A stretch of DNA of 64,000 nt from a virus (taxonomy: Duplodnaviria > Caudoviricetes). The DNA lies in IMG/VR virus record IMGVR_UViG_3300047160_017115, positions 1-64,000 of that record. One strand, 5' to 3'. Shown in pieces: positions 17,427 through 26,644 of the stretch. Every line of letters begins with the position of its first letter. Within the stretch, counting starts at the first letter, position 1. A program made the translations under genes and the position numbers. The notes beneath the pieces are model-generated. The model had not been told where the DNA came from and made no database searches. It was given only the letters and a program-made list of their open reading frames with translations.

Positions 17427-19011
17427 GCCTGATTCTCCTGAGAACGCGGTCACCGCGATTGCCACCTGGCCCGCAGTCGCCCAGGCCCTTGACGTCCCCC
17501 TGCGCACCCAGGCCTATCCCCAGACCACCCTCTGCCCGGTGTGCCGGACGGGTACGCTCACGGTCCTCTACGATAAACTACGCGAGGGCCACTGGCACCA
17601 CTGTGAGGGCTGTGGCCGTAACGGCGACATGGTCTCCCTGGCCGCGGCGGCCTGGGGCATCAGCCGCGCGGCGGCTCTGCTCCGACTGGGGGCGTCGGAA
17701 CCGCGTGAGGTCTCGTACCTTACCTACGGCGACGACCCGTGGGCCCAGTGCGCCAAGTTGTGGGCCGAGGTCGGTGCCAACGCCCTCCAGGCGCCCGGAC
17801 CGTCCGCGACGCAGCTCCTGACGCGGTTCAAGCTCGACCACTCTCTCTCTCCCGAGCGCGCCGCCGCGGGGCCGGCCCGTCTCTTCGGCCACTGCCACCA
17901 CACGACGGCCGCGGCGTGTTTCAACCCCCATACGGTAGACGGGGCACCGAGTCGGGGGGGTAGTTTCCGCCTGTTCAAGGGCGGGAACTGGGGCCAGGTC
18001 GTGGCCGTCCCCTATTTCGATCTCCCGGGCCGCGTCCGGAGCTTCCTGTTCATCGGTCGCGACGGCGCGCCCGGGGACTACGTCTACCGCCACCACACTG
18101 ACGGCGCGAACGAGTTCGGGCTGGCCGGCCTCGATCTCCTCTACAGGGAGGGCGAGCGCGTCGGCCGGACCGTCGTGGCCATGTCCGACCCCCTGCTCAT
18201 GCTCCAGCTCCAGGTCCGGCACCTTAACAGTTCCACCGTCCCGCTGCCCCTGGTGGCCTGGCACGACGGTATTGAGGGCGTGACCGTCAACGCCTGGGAA
18301 TGCCTGGCCGACCGCACCATCGTGTTCTGGTCACTGGGGATGTCGGCGTCGACCCTGCGGCAGGCGATGCTCGTGGACGGCCACCTCTGCGTCCTCGGTC
18401 CCCAGGACACCGACAACCAGTCCGTTGAACACTACCTCCGGCACAAGTCGCCCCAGGACCAGCTCAAGGCCGTCATGAAGCGCGCCAGGCCGTGGCGCGA
18501 GACCTTGAGGGCGTGGGCCGATAGGGTCGGGGAGGAGGCCTTTGAGAGCCTGCTCGCCGAGCTCGACGACACCGACGTGAACACCGTCCTGCGGTACTGC
18601 GACCCGCGCCTGGCCGACGTCGTCGGCCGCGTGCGGTCGCGCCCCCTGATCCGCTCCGTGCGACTCGGGACCGTGACCGTCACGGAGCACCCGGACGGGT
18701 CGTGGTACGCCGTGAAGTACGCCGCCAAGCGCCCGCCGGAGCCGTGCGGGGTGATCGTGGACGCGGCGCTCAGGATCGAGCAGATCGTTCTCTCGGGCGC
18801 GACGTCGCGCTACAAGGGGTACGTTCGTTACCGCGGCGAGGAAGTCCCCTTCGACGCCCTCAAGTCCTTGGTCGACAAGGACCCGCTCAAGTTCGTGGAC
18901 AGGCTCCTGATCGAGAAGCGCAAGGGCGTTCTCGTCTTCTCGCGCGACTGGTCGGGCCGTCTCATCGCTCTGGCCCAGCTCTTCCACACCCCGCTCATCG
19001 TCAAAGGCTGA
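17425..19011 (+). CDS. primase-like protein with N-terminal CHC2-type zinc finger, Toprim acids not recognised
   Basis: CPVC...HWHHCEGCGRNGDMVSLAAAAWGIS resembles DnaG zinc-binding domain; VPYFDLPGRVRSFLF resembles RNAP subdomain. Confidence 0.55.
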   Translation: MPDSPENAVTAIATWPAVAQALDVPLRTQAYPQTTLCPVCRTGTLTVLYDKLREGHWHHCEGCGRNGDMVSLAAAAWGISRAAALLRLGASEPREVSYLTYGDDPWAQCAKLWAEVGANALQAPGPSATQLLTRFKLDHSLSPERAAAGPARLFGHCHHTTAAACFNPHTVDGAPSRGGSFRLFKGGNWGQVVAVPYFDLPGRVRSFLFIGRDGAPGDYVYRHHTDGANEFGLAGLDLLYREGERVGRTVVAMSDPLLMLQLQVRHLNSSTVPLPLVAWHDGIEGVTVNAWECLADRTIVFWSLGMSASTLRQAMLVDGHLCVLGPQDTDNQSVEHYLRHKSPQDQLKAVMKRARPWRETLRAWADRVGEEAFESLLAELDDTDVNTVLRYCDPRLADVVGRVRSRPLIRSVRLGTVTVTEHPDGSWYAVKYAAKRPPEPCGVIVDAALRIEQIVLSGATSRYKGYVRYRGEEVPFDALKSLVDKDPLKFVDRLLIEKRKGVLVFSRDWSGRLIALAQLFHTPLIVKG

Positions 19012-19024
19012 GGCGGTAACGGGT

Positions 19025-19435
19025 GTGCCGACTCAACAAGAACACCTTCAACAAGGTGCGGAGCTCACCGTGCGTACCGGCTACTACTCGATCATCCAGT
19101 TCTGCCCCAACCTCGCCCGTCACGAGGTAGTTAACGTCGGCGTGGTGTTGTTCTGCCCCGGTCTGTCGTACCTCGACGCCCTCGTGTCTGAAGACAACTC
19201 ACGAATCTGTAAGTTCTTTGGCGCGGAGAGCTTCGACTCTGCCCGTGTCACGTCTTACAAGCAAGGAGTCGTCAAACGGTTACGTCTCGAGCGGGACAAC
19301 TTCAAGTCCCTCAAGGATCTGGAGGAGTTCGCGGCGAGCCGCGCTGGCTTCATCCAGCTCACGAAGCCGCTCGCCGTGACCGTCGTGGTTTCTGAGAACG
19401 ATCTGCAACAACTGTTCGATGAGCTTGTGCGCTGA
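19025..19435 (+). CDS. DUF3037 domain protein
   Basis: GYYSIIQFCPNLARHEVVNVGVVLFCP ... FIQLTKP...L.QLFDELV pattern. Confidence 0.8.
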   Translation: MPTQQEHLQQGAELTVRTGYYSIIQFCPNLARHEVVNVGVVLFCPGLSYLDALVSEDNSRICKFFGAESFDSARVTSYKQGVVKRLRLERDNFKSLKDLEEFAASRAGFIQLTKPLAVTVVVSENDLQQLFDELVR

Positions 19436-19457
19436 TCTACAACAAGAGGTGGGGCGT

Positions 19458-19796
19458 ATGAATTTGAAACCCCATGAAGGTAACGTGCTGAAAGGTAGGG
19501 TGGTCGTCACCCAGGAGCTTATTGACGCGGACTACGTCCCTGTAGGGCTGGGGACCGCCAAGGGCGTGTTCTATAGGTGTTACACCTGCCCTGTCGCCAA
19601 GGCGCTGTTGATAACCTTTCCGTTGGCGGCAAGGGTCCATGTGGACATGAACTTTCTACGCGTCTACGACGGGCTACAGCGGATGTACATTGCCGACACC
19701 CCCAGCACGGTCGCCGAGTTCATGGATCTGCTCGACACAGGTCAAGAGGTGCGACCGATATCGTTCGATGTGACCCTGGCCCGACTTTCTTACTAA
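19458..19796 (+). CDS. hypothetical protein
   Basis: ATG 19458 after AGAGG; CPVAKAL motif. Confidence 0.55.
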   Translation: MNLKPHEGNVLKGRVVVTQELIDADYVPVGLGTAKGVFYRCYTCPVAKALLITFPLAARVHVDMNFLRVYDGLQRMYIADTPSTVAEFMDLLDTGQEVRPISFDVTLARLSY

Positions 19797-19824
19797 CGCA
19801 CCCAGAACCGACACCATAGAGGAG

Positions 19825-20700
19825 ATGATCGTGGAGTACACGTTCTCGTTCGAAGACGGTAGGCCTCCGGTACGCGCGGAGGGCAACAATGAGGCCGATG
19901 CTTTGCATAAGCTTCACGCCCAGGGTGTAAGCCTCGTAAGTCTCCAGGCGTCAGGCCTGAACTTGCGGCATCTCTCACTGGACAAGGCAGACCTCTCGGA
20001 GGCCAGGCTATGCTCTGCGGACCTCACTGGCGCATTTCTCCAGGGTTGTTCGCTCCGCAACGCCAGACTTTCCCAGGCCAACTTGACGACGGCCTTCATG
20101 CGGAACTGCGACCTACACGGCGCCCGAGCGCTTCGTACAAACTTCAGGGGGGTGAATCTGAGCGTCGACGCCTCCTGCGGTTTCAACAACCGCTGATCTA
20201 TCGACGCCCATCAGGCCGTGTTCGCAGGCGCTCACCTGGAGAACATTAACTTCAGCAACTCGTGCCTCCGCAAGGCCGATTTCAGCAACGCGCACCTCGA
20301 CCACGTTCACTTCAATTCCGCCGACCTCTCCGGCGCCACCGGGCTCCTCAATTCCGCCGACTGGCTCCATGCCAACTTCGAGGCGTGCCCTGACGGGCTG
20401 ATCGTCTACAAGCGCATTGGCACGGCCACGATGTACTTGCCTCCCCCGCGCTGGAGGATCGAGTCTGGGAGCGTGCTCGAGGAGGCCTGCAACACGAATC
20501 GCAGCATCGCCTGCGGCTGTGGCGTCAACTTCGGAACCAAGGAGTGGTGTGACGCTAATTACATAACGGCGTCACTCTGGAAGTGCCTGCTCAAGTGGAT
20601 CGACCTCGCCGACGTGGTCGTCCCCTACATGACCGACGGCAAGGCCCGGTGCTCCCGCCTCACCCTCCTGGAGGCCGTCAATGAGCGTGTCGAGGCGTAA
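19825..20700 (+). pseudogene. pentapeptide-repeat protein interrupted by an in-frame TGA (ORFs 19825-20196 and 20218-20700 are in the same frame)
   Basis: ADLSEARLCSADLTGAFLQG and AHLENINFSNSCLRKADFSNAHLD repeats either side of TGA 20194-20196; C-terminal LIVYKRIG...CGCGVNF...GKARC domain. Confidence 0.65.
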
Positions 20701-21175
20701 GCCGGCCCCGGCGTGCCTGTACTGCGGCAGTAAGCTCAAGAAGTACGCGAACTACACCTACCCGGACACGGTCTCTACCGCGAACGGGAATCGGCTGGAA
20801 ACGTCCGACGAGATTATCGCCAGACTCGGGCTCAAACCGTCGCAGATCATAACCAAGGAAAATGGTTACGTCGTGTGGCGCGGGGACGACTACGGCATGT
20901 ACGGCGACGACTGCTTCTGTGGGCGCTGGTGCCAGTCCCGCTACGCCCAAAGAGAGGCGCCGCCCGCCGGTTCCGTGCGGTACCGCGTCGAGGTCGTCCT
21001 CAAGCCCGGGGCCGGGAACACGAGGCCCGTGGAGGTCATGTTCGTCGAGGCCGTCAGGGTCCTCCAGTACGCCCCCGTCACCACCCCAGGCAGGCCTTAC
21101 ATCGTGTCCGACGACAAGGACTGTCAGATCCGTGTGCAGGTCGACGACCGTCGCCCCGAGAAGTACCTCCCCTGA
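20681..21175 (+). CDS. zinc-finger protein, paralog 1 of triplet C
   Basis: PACLYCG..L ... YG...FCGRWC. Confidence 0.75.
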   Translation: MSVSRRKPAPACLYCGSKLKKYANYTYPDTVSTANGNRLETSDEIIARLGLKPSQIITKENGYVVWRGDDYGMYGDDCFCGRWCQSRYAQREAPPAGSVRYRVEVVLKPGAGNTRPVEVMFVEAVRVLQYAPVTTPGRPYIVSDDKDCQIRVQVDDRRPEKYLP

Positions 21176-21189
21176 AACGACCACAACCC

Positions 21190-21672
21190 ATGAATAAGCA
21201 ACCCAGACCGAAGTGTGCCCAGTGCGGTGCGCGCCTCGCCAAGTTCTACGAGACCGAGTTGGCCCAGGCCGGCGAGACGAGGGACGACTTCATCAAACGG
21301 GTGGCGGGCGGGGACGTTACTAGACTGAGTGCTTTCAAGCCCGTGAACCACTGGAGTTATAGCGCCTACGCCCGCGTATGGCACGGCAAGTACGGCAGTC
21401 GGTGTCGGGAGAGCGCGTTCTGCTCGCGGCGTTGTGAGCTGACGTGGTTCAGGCATTTCAGGCCCAAGCCCGACGCCGACACCGTCCACCTGGTCCTCAC
21501 GGTCGACGCCGGCGGTCGCGGTCCTACCATGCCTCAGGACGTTGCCGACACCCTGGTCAAGCTGGCCAAGGACCTACAGAAGAGCGCGGACCTCTCCGAG
21601 CGTCGCGATATCTTCGGCGGTAACGGGAAGGTCAAAGGGACGCTTCAGTTCCACGCCCACAGCGAGAGCTGA
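21190..21672 (+). CDS. zinc-finger protein, paralog 2 of triplet C
   Basis: PKCAQCG..L ... YG...FCSRRC; ATG 21190. Confidence 0.75.
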   Translation: MNKQPRPKCAQCGARLAKFYETELAQAGETRDDFIKRVAGGDVTRLSAFKPVNHWSYSAYARVWHGKYGSRCRESAFCSRRCELTWFRHFRPKPDADTVHLVLTVDAGGRGPTMPQDVADTLVKLAKDLQKSADLSERRDIFGGNGKVKGTLQFHAHSES

Positions 21673-21707
21673 GGCCCGTAGAGCCAACACACAAGGACTT
21701 ACCACCC

Positions 21708-22190
21708 ATGCCCAAGGCCGCGAGGCCGACCTGCGTCATGTGCGGGCGCGCGTTGCCCAAGTACACCAGATGCCGCTACAGCGAACCTGGTGAGAGCAAA
21801 CAGGAGTACGCGAATCGCCACTGCGGCGGCGACCTGTCGAAGATCACGACTTACAAGGACTGGCACGACGGTAGTAGTTGTCGCGGCTACATTTGGGACG
21901 GCGAGTACGGCGCTCACTCCACCGGCCCCGGCCCGTTCTGTTCCACGGCGTGCCAGTTAGCATGGGCCAACAAGTCCGCCCCCCGTAACGGCGACCGTAC
22001 CGTCGTGATCCGGCTCGAGATCACCGAAAACGGTTTTGGGCTGGACCTCAAGAAAGATGTATCCGAGTACCTTGCGAACTTCTCCAAGACCCTCAAGAAC
22101 TGCCAAGACATGCCGTCAGACCTAGTGCTCTTCGACCGTTCTGGGGTCGTGTGTGGCACGTTCTACTACTACGACCGACGGCTCGGATAG
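21708..22190 (+). CDS. zinc-finger protein, paralog 3 of triplet C
   Basis: PTCVMCG..L ... YG...FCSTAC; AAGGA RBS. Confidence 0.75.
   Translation: MPKAARPTCVMCGRALPKYTRCRYSEPGESKQEYANRHCGGDLSKITTYKDWHDGSSCRGYIWDGEYGAHSTGPGPFCSTACQLAWANKSAPRNGDRTVVIRLEITENGFGLDLKKDVSEYLANFSKTLKNCQDMPSDLVLFDRSGVVCGTFYYYDRRLG
22026..22038 (+). promoter_or_regulatory. 13-bp motif RAAAACGGTTTYG
   Basis: GAAAACGGTTTTG inside CDS. Confidence 0.6.
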
Positions 22191-22205
22191 CGCTTCCACC
22201 ACTCA

Positions 22206-22293
22206 TCGTGCCGCCCCGGAGGCTTCGTATCCGGAGACCGTGATCAGGATCGTCAAACCTTCATGCCGCCCCGGAGGCTTCGTATCCGGAGAC
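22206..22293 (+). repeat. pair of 33-bp hairpin repeats (copies 5-6) with 22-nt spacer
   Basis: TCRTGCCGCCCCGGAGGCTTCGTATCCGGAGAC at 22206-22238 and 22261-22293; compensatory G-C to A-T stem pair. Confidence 0.92.
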
Positions 22294-22313
22294 GGGTCGC
22301 CCTCGGTGTAGGG

Positions 22314-24248
22314 TCAGTAGGTCCCAGGCGCCCACACGTTGGTGGGGTTGGAGAGGCGCAGGAGCTCCGGGTCGATCGGCATCTGCGCCGCCTCCGCCGT
22401 GTTCGGCCACTTGCCCGACAACTTCCAGAGGGCGACGCACCCCAGGTTGACCGCCTGGGCGAAGTCGTCGGGGAAGTTCGGGTCGCGGATGACCGAGAAG
22501 AAGTCCCCGCCCAGTCGCGTGTCGGTCTTGACCTCGACCAGTGACAGGAAGTCGTGGAGCAGGCCGCGGTCGTCGGCGCTCTTGTAGTCGTACTGGAAGA
22601 ACCTCAGCATCCCGTACTTCAGGTGGTGGCACGTCAGCGAGAGCGACCACGGCTTGTCGAGGTAGTAGTAGAACCTGGGGTTGAGGTCGTCGGGCGGGTG
22701 TTCGATCAGGATGTCCTTCCCCGCCGTACGACCGAGCATGATCGCCACGAGTCTGTCGTACGGGAAACCGGCCTGGTTGATCACCGTCTCGCGAAGGGCT
22801 CCCGCCCCGCTGTAGTCGTGGACGAGGTGGGACAGCCCGAACCTCCGGATCGCCCCGAGACAGAGCTTGGCTTCACGGACGTGGTCGTGCGGGGTCAGGG
22901 ACCGCATCCCCCAGAAGCACTCGATCTTCCCGTCCGGGAGCATCCCCAGGGCGGCCAGGCACGTGAAGGAGATCATCTCCTTCCCGTTGGGCCCCCGCGC
23001 GCCGCCGCCGCCCCAGTCGGCGGCGAGCACCTTGAACACGTACCTGCCGAGGTGCTTCTCGGCTTCCTCGACCTTGTTCTCCCACGGCAGCACGGCCGCC
23101 GCCTTCAGGTCCGCCACGGTGACGAGCTTCGAGCCCGAGTCGTAGCTCTCGCCGAGGACCTCGTTGAAGAACACGTTGACCCGGGTGTTGTTCCTCCCCT
23201 GGAACTTGGCGACGAGCGCCCCCCAGGCCTTCGTGTTCCCGTAGTGCATCGGCATCAGGATCTGCGGGATGTGGTAACCCGCGAAGTCCCAACGCTTGTC
23301 CTTGAACTGGTGGTACCACCGCCCGTAGCGCGGGTTCAGGGGCTTGGCGCACTTGCCGCAGATGACCCCGGGGTTGTCCGGCGAGATGTCGGACCGGTAG
23401 GGCCCGATCATCTTCACGAGGTCGTACGCCATCGAGGGCACGTTCCAGTGCCCACACCCCGCGTGCCGACACTTGATCACCCACTCCGCCTGGCTCGAGT
23501 CCTGCCACAACTGCTCGATCGTGTTCTCACACGTCAGGGGGGTGCCGGCATACTGCTCGATCTTCCAGGGGGACGCCGACATCGTCTCGCGGATGATCGG
23601 GATGAACGCCGGATCCATGTTCTGGATCTCGTCGTACGCCGTCTTGTCGCAGCTGATACCGCGGGTCCGCTCCGCGTTCAGGAACGCGAAGGAGAAGTAC
23701 ATCTGGGAGTGGTTCTTGAAACTGCGCTGCAGGACGGAGTTCATCGTCGAGGAGCCGGAGAACTGCTTGCGGATCGGGCTCGTCTCGATGAACGGGCGGA
23801 CGTACCCCTGCGAGAACCGGCGGATCATCTCGTAGAGGGGCGTGACGTAGAGTGTCGAGAAGTAGGGGATGCAGTTGCTGAAGAGGACGCCCTGCGCGGC
23901 AAGGCTCGTTGACTTGGCGACCTGACGCCCGGTCTTTAAAAGCGTCCTCGTCGGCATTCTTACGCGGAAAAAGGGCTCGAACGGGAAGTGGTCGTCGAGG
24001 ACGAACGGCTTCCCCTTCAGGAGCAACACGGCCGGCAGGACCGGCCGTAGCGAGTGCATACCGCTGCTCTCGAGCACGTGCTTGGCGACCAGCAGGCGTC
24101 GCTCTTGCTCGCTCTCGCCACCGGTAAAACTGAGCCCCGTGAGCGCGCCGCTGGCCTCCAGGCGCGCCATGGCCAGGGCCCCCTCGTCGGGGAGCCCCTT
24201 GGTAACCTCTCTTGCTGTCTTGGGGGCTGAAAGGATCTCGACCGGCAT
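22314..24248 (-). CDS. terminase large subunit, GpA-type
   Basis: Walker A LLKTGRQVAKST, Walker B RGISCDKTAYDEIQ, CRHAGCGHWN..CGKC zinc module, nuclease VLAADWGGG and late DDFAQA; start placed at MPVEIL (ORF open to 24344). Confidence 0.85.
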   Translation of the reverse strand: MPVEILSAPKTAREVTKGLPDEGALAMARLEASGALTGLSFTGGESEQERRLLVAKHVLESSGMHSLRPVLPAVLLLKGKPFVLDDHFPFEPFFRVRMPTRTLLKTGRQVAKSTSLAAQGVLFSNCIPYFSTLYVTPLYEMIRRFSQGYVRPFIETSPIRKQFSGSSTMNSVLQRSFKNHSQMYFSFAFLNAERTRGISCDKTAYDEIQNMDPAFIPIIRETMSASPWKIEQYAGTPLTCENTIEQLWQDSSQAEWVIKCRHAGCGHWNVPSMAYDLVKMIGPYRSDISPDNPGVICGKCAKPLNPRYGRWYHQFKDKRWDFAGYHIPQILMPMHYGNTKAWGALVAKFQGRNNTRVNVFFNEVLGESYDSGSKLVTVADLKAAAVLPWENKVEEAEKHLGRYVFKVLAADWGGGGARGPNGKEMISFTCLAALGMLPDGKIECFWGMRSLTPHDHVREAKLCLGAIRRFGLSHLVHDYSGAGALRETVINQAGFPYDRLVAIMLGRTAGKDILIEHPPDDLNPRFYYYLDKPWSLSLTCHHLKYGMLRFFQYDYKSADDRGLLHDFLSLVEVKTDTRLGGDFFSVIRDPNFPDDFAQAVNLGCVALWKLSGKWPNTAEAAQMPIDPELLRLSNPTNVWAPGTY

Positions 24249-24362
24249 GAAGCACGTCCTTGTGTGCCGCGGGCCGCCGACCGTGGCGGCTTGTCTAGTC
24301 TGACGTGGCCGGCCTACGCTGAACGGCGTGACCGACCGAAACACATAGGAAGTGAGCAGAAC

Positions 24363-24593
24363 ATGGCGACGGTCCAGGCCGTGACGTCACGAAGCGCGTG
24401 GCAGTTCCTCCGCCGTACGGGGTACCTGCCGACGGATTACTTTCCACGCCCTCGTCTCGACGCCGAAGCGCTACTGGTCCGCCGGGTGCCGTTACACCCC
24501 CCACTCCCGTTGCCCGAGATCACACGGGGCGCGGACGGGGAACCGGCACCCGACGCGGCTGGGATCACTCCCTGGCCGCTCGCGGGAGGTTGA
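24363..24593 (+). CDS. small hypothetical protein
   Basis: ATG 24363, 76 aa. Confidence 0.4.
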   Translation: MATVQAVTSRSAWQFLRRTGYLPTDYFPRPRLDAEALLVRRVPLHPPLPLPEITRGADGEPAPDAAGITPWPLAGG

Positions 24594-24814
24594 TAGTGGC
24601 GAGAGGAGCCGGTGAGTCTGGGGACGGTCCCTTCTTGGCTTGCATGCTCGGCGGCGTCGTTGCCGTCCTGTTTGCCACCGGGAATACAGTGCCGTTCCTC
24701 CTAAGCCTGCTGGGGCTCGCCTTCGCGGCGGGCTGTCTGCAGGGCTTTCGTAAAGGCTAACCGACATACCTTCAAATCGTATCTCGCCAAACCACAGAAA
24801 CCTACAAGACCGAG

Positions 24815-25165
24815 ATGAACCCACACCCATTCCCACTCATCGTCGCGGCGCTAGCGACATGGCAGGCCATTGAGGTCTGGCACCACTCATCGTTGACGTC
24901 CGGGCTCCGGGCGCGTAGCGAGGCTGGGGTCGGCTTCTGGGCCGACCTCAGCCGGTGCGCCTTCTGTCTCTCCAACTGGGTAGGACCGTGTTGCGTCCTC
25001 ATCCTGTCCCTTGCCGCCTCCTGGTGGCCCCTGGCCTGGTGCGCCTGGCCGGCCGCGATTATTGTCCACGGACTGGCGGTCGCCCGACTCGCCAACCTGG
25101 GCAATGACCTGACCAAGGCCTACTGTCGTACGCCGGACCACGGCGACGTCGAGGGGCCGCACTGA
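24815..25165 (+). CDS. DUF1360-like small membrane protein
   Basis: hydrophobic N-terminus ALATWQAIEV, CAFCLSNWVG motif, further TM segments. Confidence 0.65.
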   Translation: MNPHPFPLIVAALATWQAIEVWHHSSLTSGLRARSEAGVGFWADLSRCAFCLSNWVGPCCVLILSLAASWWPLAWCAWPAAIIVHGLAVARLANLGNDLTKAYCRTPDHGDVEGPH

Positions 25166-25181
25166 CAGCCGGAGCGGGCAC

Positions 25182-25523
25182 TTGTCCCAACTCCCGTTCG
25201 ACGCACAGATCGTTCACGACTACCGCGAGCTGACGACGCAACTCCTCGCGTCACACCCCGAGCTCCGGAGCGTCGTGGTCGTCCTCGACTACCACGGCAA
25301 GCTCAACGAGGCCCAGGTCGACCACGCCCTCTGGATGGGCGAGGCGGGCGCCGTCACGGCCCCCGACGCCGTCCTCGGCGGCATGGGGAACATCCTGAGA
25401 GTGCTGCACGCCATGTTCGAGCGCGCGGCCTTGCTCCAGGGGGCGCTCCACGACGAGCTCGCCCGGGTCCTCAAGGAACTCGGTCAGGGGAGACCGCCCG
25501 TTGACGATACGCCCGCGGGCTAA
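25182..25523 (+). CDS. hypothetical protein
   Basis: 113 aa, TTG start after GGAG. Confidence 0.6.
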   Translation: MSQLPFDAQIVHDYRELTTQLLASHPELRSVVVVLDYHGKLNEAQVDHALWMGEAGAVTAPDAVLGGMGNILRVLHAMFERAALLQGALHDELARVLKELGQGRPPVDDTPAG

Positions 25524-26127
25524 GGCGATTGTGGACCCGCACCTCGTCGGCCTGACCGCCGAGCCACTCCACGAACTCCTCTCCCGCCTGGGCATCAAAC
25601 GCTGGGACTGGCTCCTCGTCGGCGACGGCTCGGGCTGCGAGCCCGACCAGGCCGCCGGCTGGTGCTGTCTCCTCGTCGCACATACCGGAGAACGTCAGCT
25701 CCTCCACGGCGCCCTCAACGCCGGCATCGGCGCCTACGCCGAGTTCCTCCCTTACCTCTGCGGGCTGGAGTGGCTCACGACCGTGGTCCACCCCAGGAGC
25801 TCGCAAAAAGGCCGTCGCGTCCACCTCGTCACGGACAACGCGCAGTGTTGCACGTTCGGTCAGTGTGATATCACCGCCAGGGGCTGCCCTCCCCTGCGGT
25901 ACGCGTTCGAGGGCTTTCGCAAGTTCGGCCTGAAGCTCGAGTGGCACCGCGTGCCGCGCGAGACCGTGGGCCTCCACCTCTACGCCGACCGCATGAGCCG
26001 CGCCGACCGCATCCACTACCGGGACACGGAGCCACAGGGGCCCGAGGTCCAAAGGCCCAAGGACACAAAGAGGTACGCGACGCTAGATGATTTCAACCCT
26101 GTCGGGGGCCGACCAAAACCCGTGTGA
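25501..26127 (+). CDS. RNase H-like nuclease
   Basis: LLVGDGSG, AYAE, LVTDNA, WHRVPR...N/L.YAD arrangement of RNase HI acidic residues. Confidence 0.7.
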   Translation: MTIRPRAKAIVDPHLVGLTAEPLHELLSRLGIKRWDWLLVGDGSGCEPDQAAGWCCLLVAHTGERQLLHGALNAGIGAYAEFLPYLCGLEWLTTVVHPRSSQKGRRVHLVTDNAQCCTFGQCDITARGCPPLRYAFEGFRKFGLKLEWHRVPRETVGLHLYADRMSRADRIHYRDTEPQGPEVQRPKDTKRYATLDDFNPVGGRPKPV

Positions 26128-26134
26128 GAGCACG

Positions 26135-26575
26135 ATGGCCGGGACCGACGTCCGGGGTTTCTCCGGAGACTACGACAAACTCGCCCGCCTCGCCGCCGAG
26201 GCGACTGGCGACGACCGCATCGACGCCGCCTGGTTCCGGGCGTTCGTACAGCCTGGCACTTCCGTATGGGTCGTGGGCGACGAGCCCAGGGCGGCCCTGG
26301 GCTTTCAGAACCGGGACGACGACAGCGTCCTGGTGAGCTTCATACTGACAACGCCAGAGTCCTTTGCGGCCGGGGACGACATCGTCCTCATGGAAACACT
26401 CGTGAGTCGGCTCAAGACCCTCCGCCGGGAGCGTGTCGTCGCGCGCGTCCCCGAGGTCCACCTCGAAGCCCAACTCACGTACCAACGCCGCTACAAGTTC
26501 CGGTGCGTCGAGATCCTCCGTGGGGTATCCCCCGACGACGAAACCCGGTACCTGTTCGAGCGCCGACAAGGCTGA
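26135..26575 (+). CDS. GNAT (RimI-like) acetyltransferase-like protein
   Basis: VARVPEVHLEAQLTYQRRYKFRCVEIL resembles GNAT motif B region. Confidence 0.55.
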   Translation: MAGTDVRGFSGDYDKLARLAAEATGDDRIDAAWFRAFVQPGTSVWVVGDEPRAALGFQNRDDDSVLVSFILTTPESFAAGDDIVLMETLVSRLKTLRRERVVARVPEVHLEAQLTYQRRYKFRCVEILRGVSPDDETRYLFERRQG

Positions 26576-26583
26576 GGCCGCCG

Positions 26584-26616
26584 CGTCGGCGGCCCTCTCC
26601 ACGGGGGCCGCCGACG
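26584..26616 (+). terminator. perfect 12-bp GC hairpin after stop codon
   Basis: CGTCGGCGGCCC / GGGCCGCCGACG. Confidence 0.45.
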
Positions 26617-26644
26617 TGCCCCTACAACCAGGGAGACCCTAACC

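Noticed and set aside
20194-20196. Genome-wide TGA recoding
   Set aside because: TGA is the normal stop of many confidently called genes (often in ATGA/GTGA overlaps)
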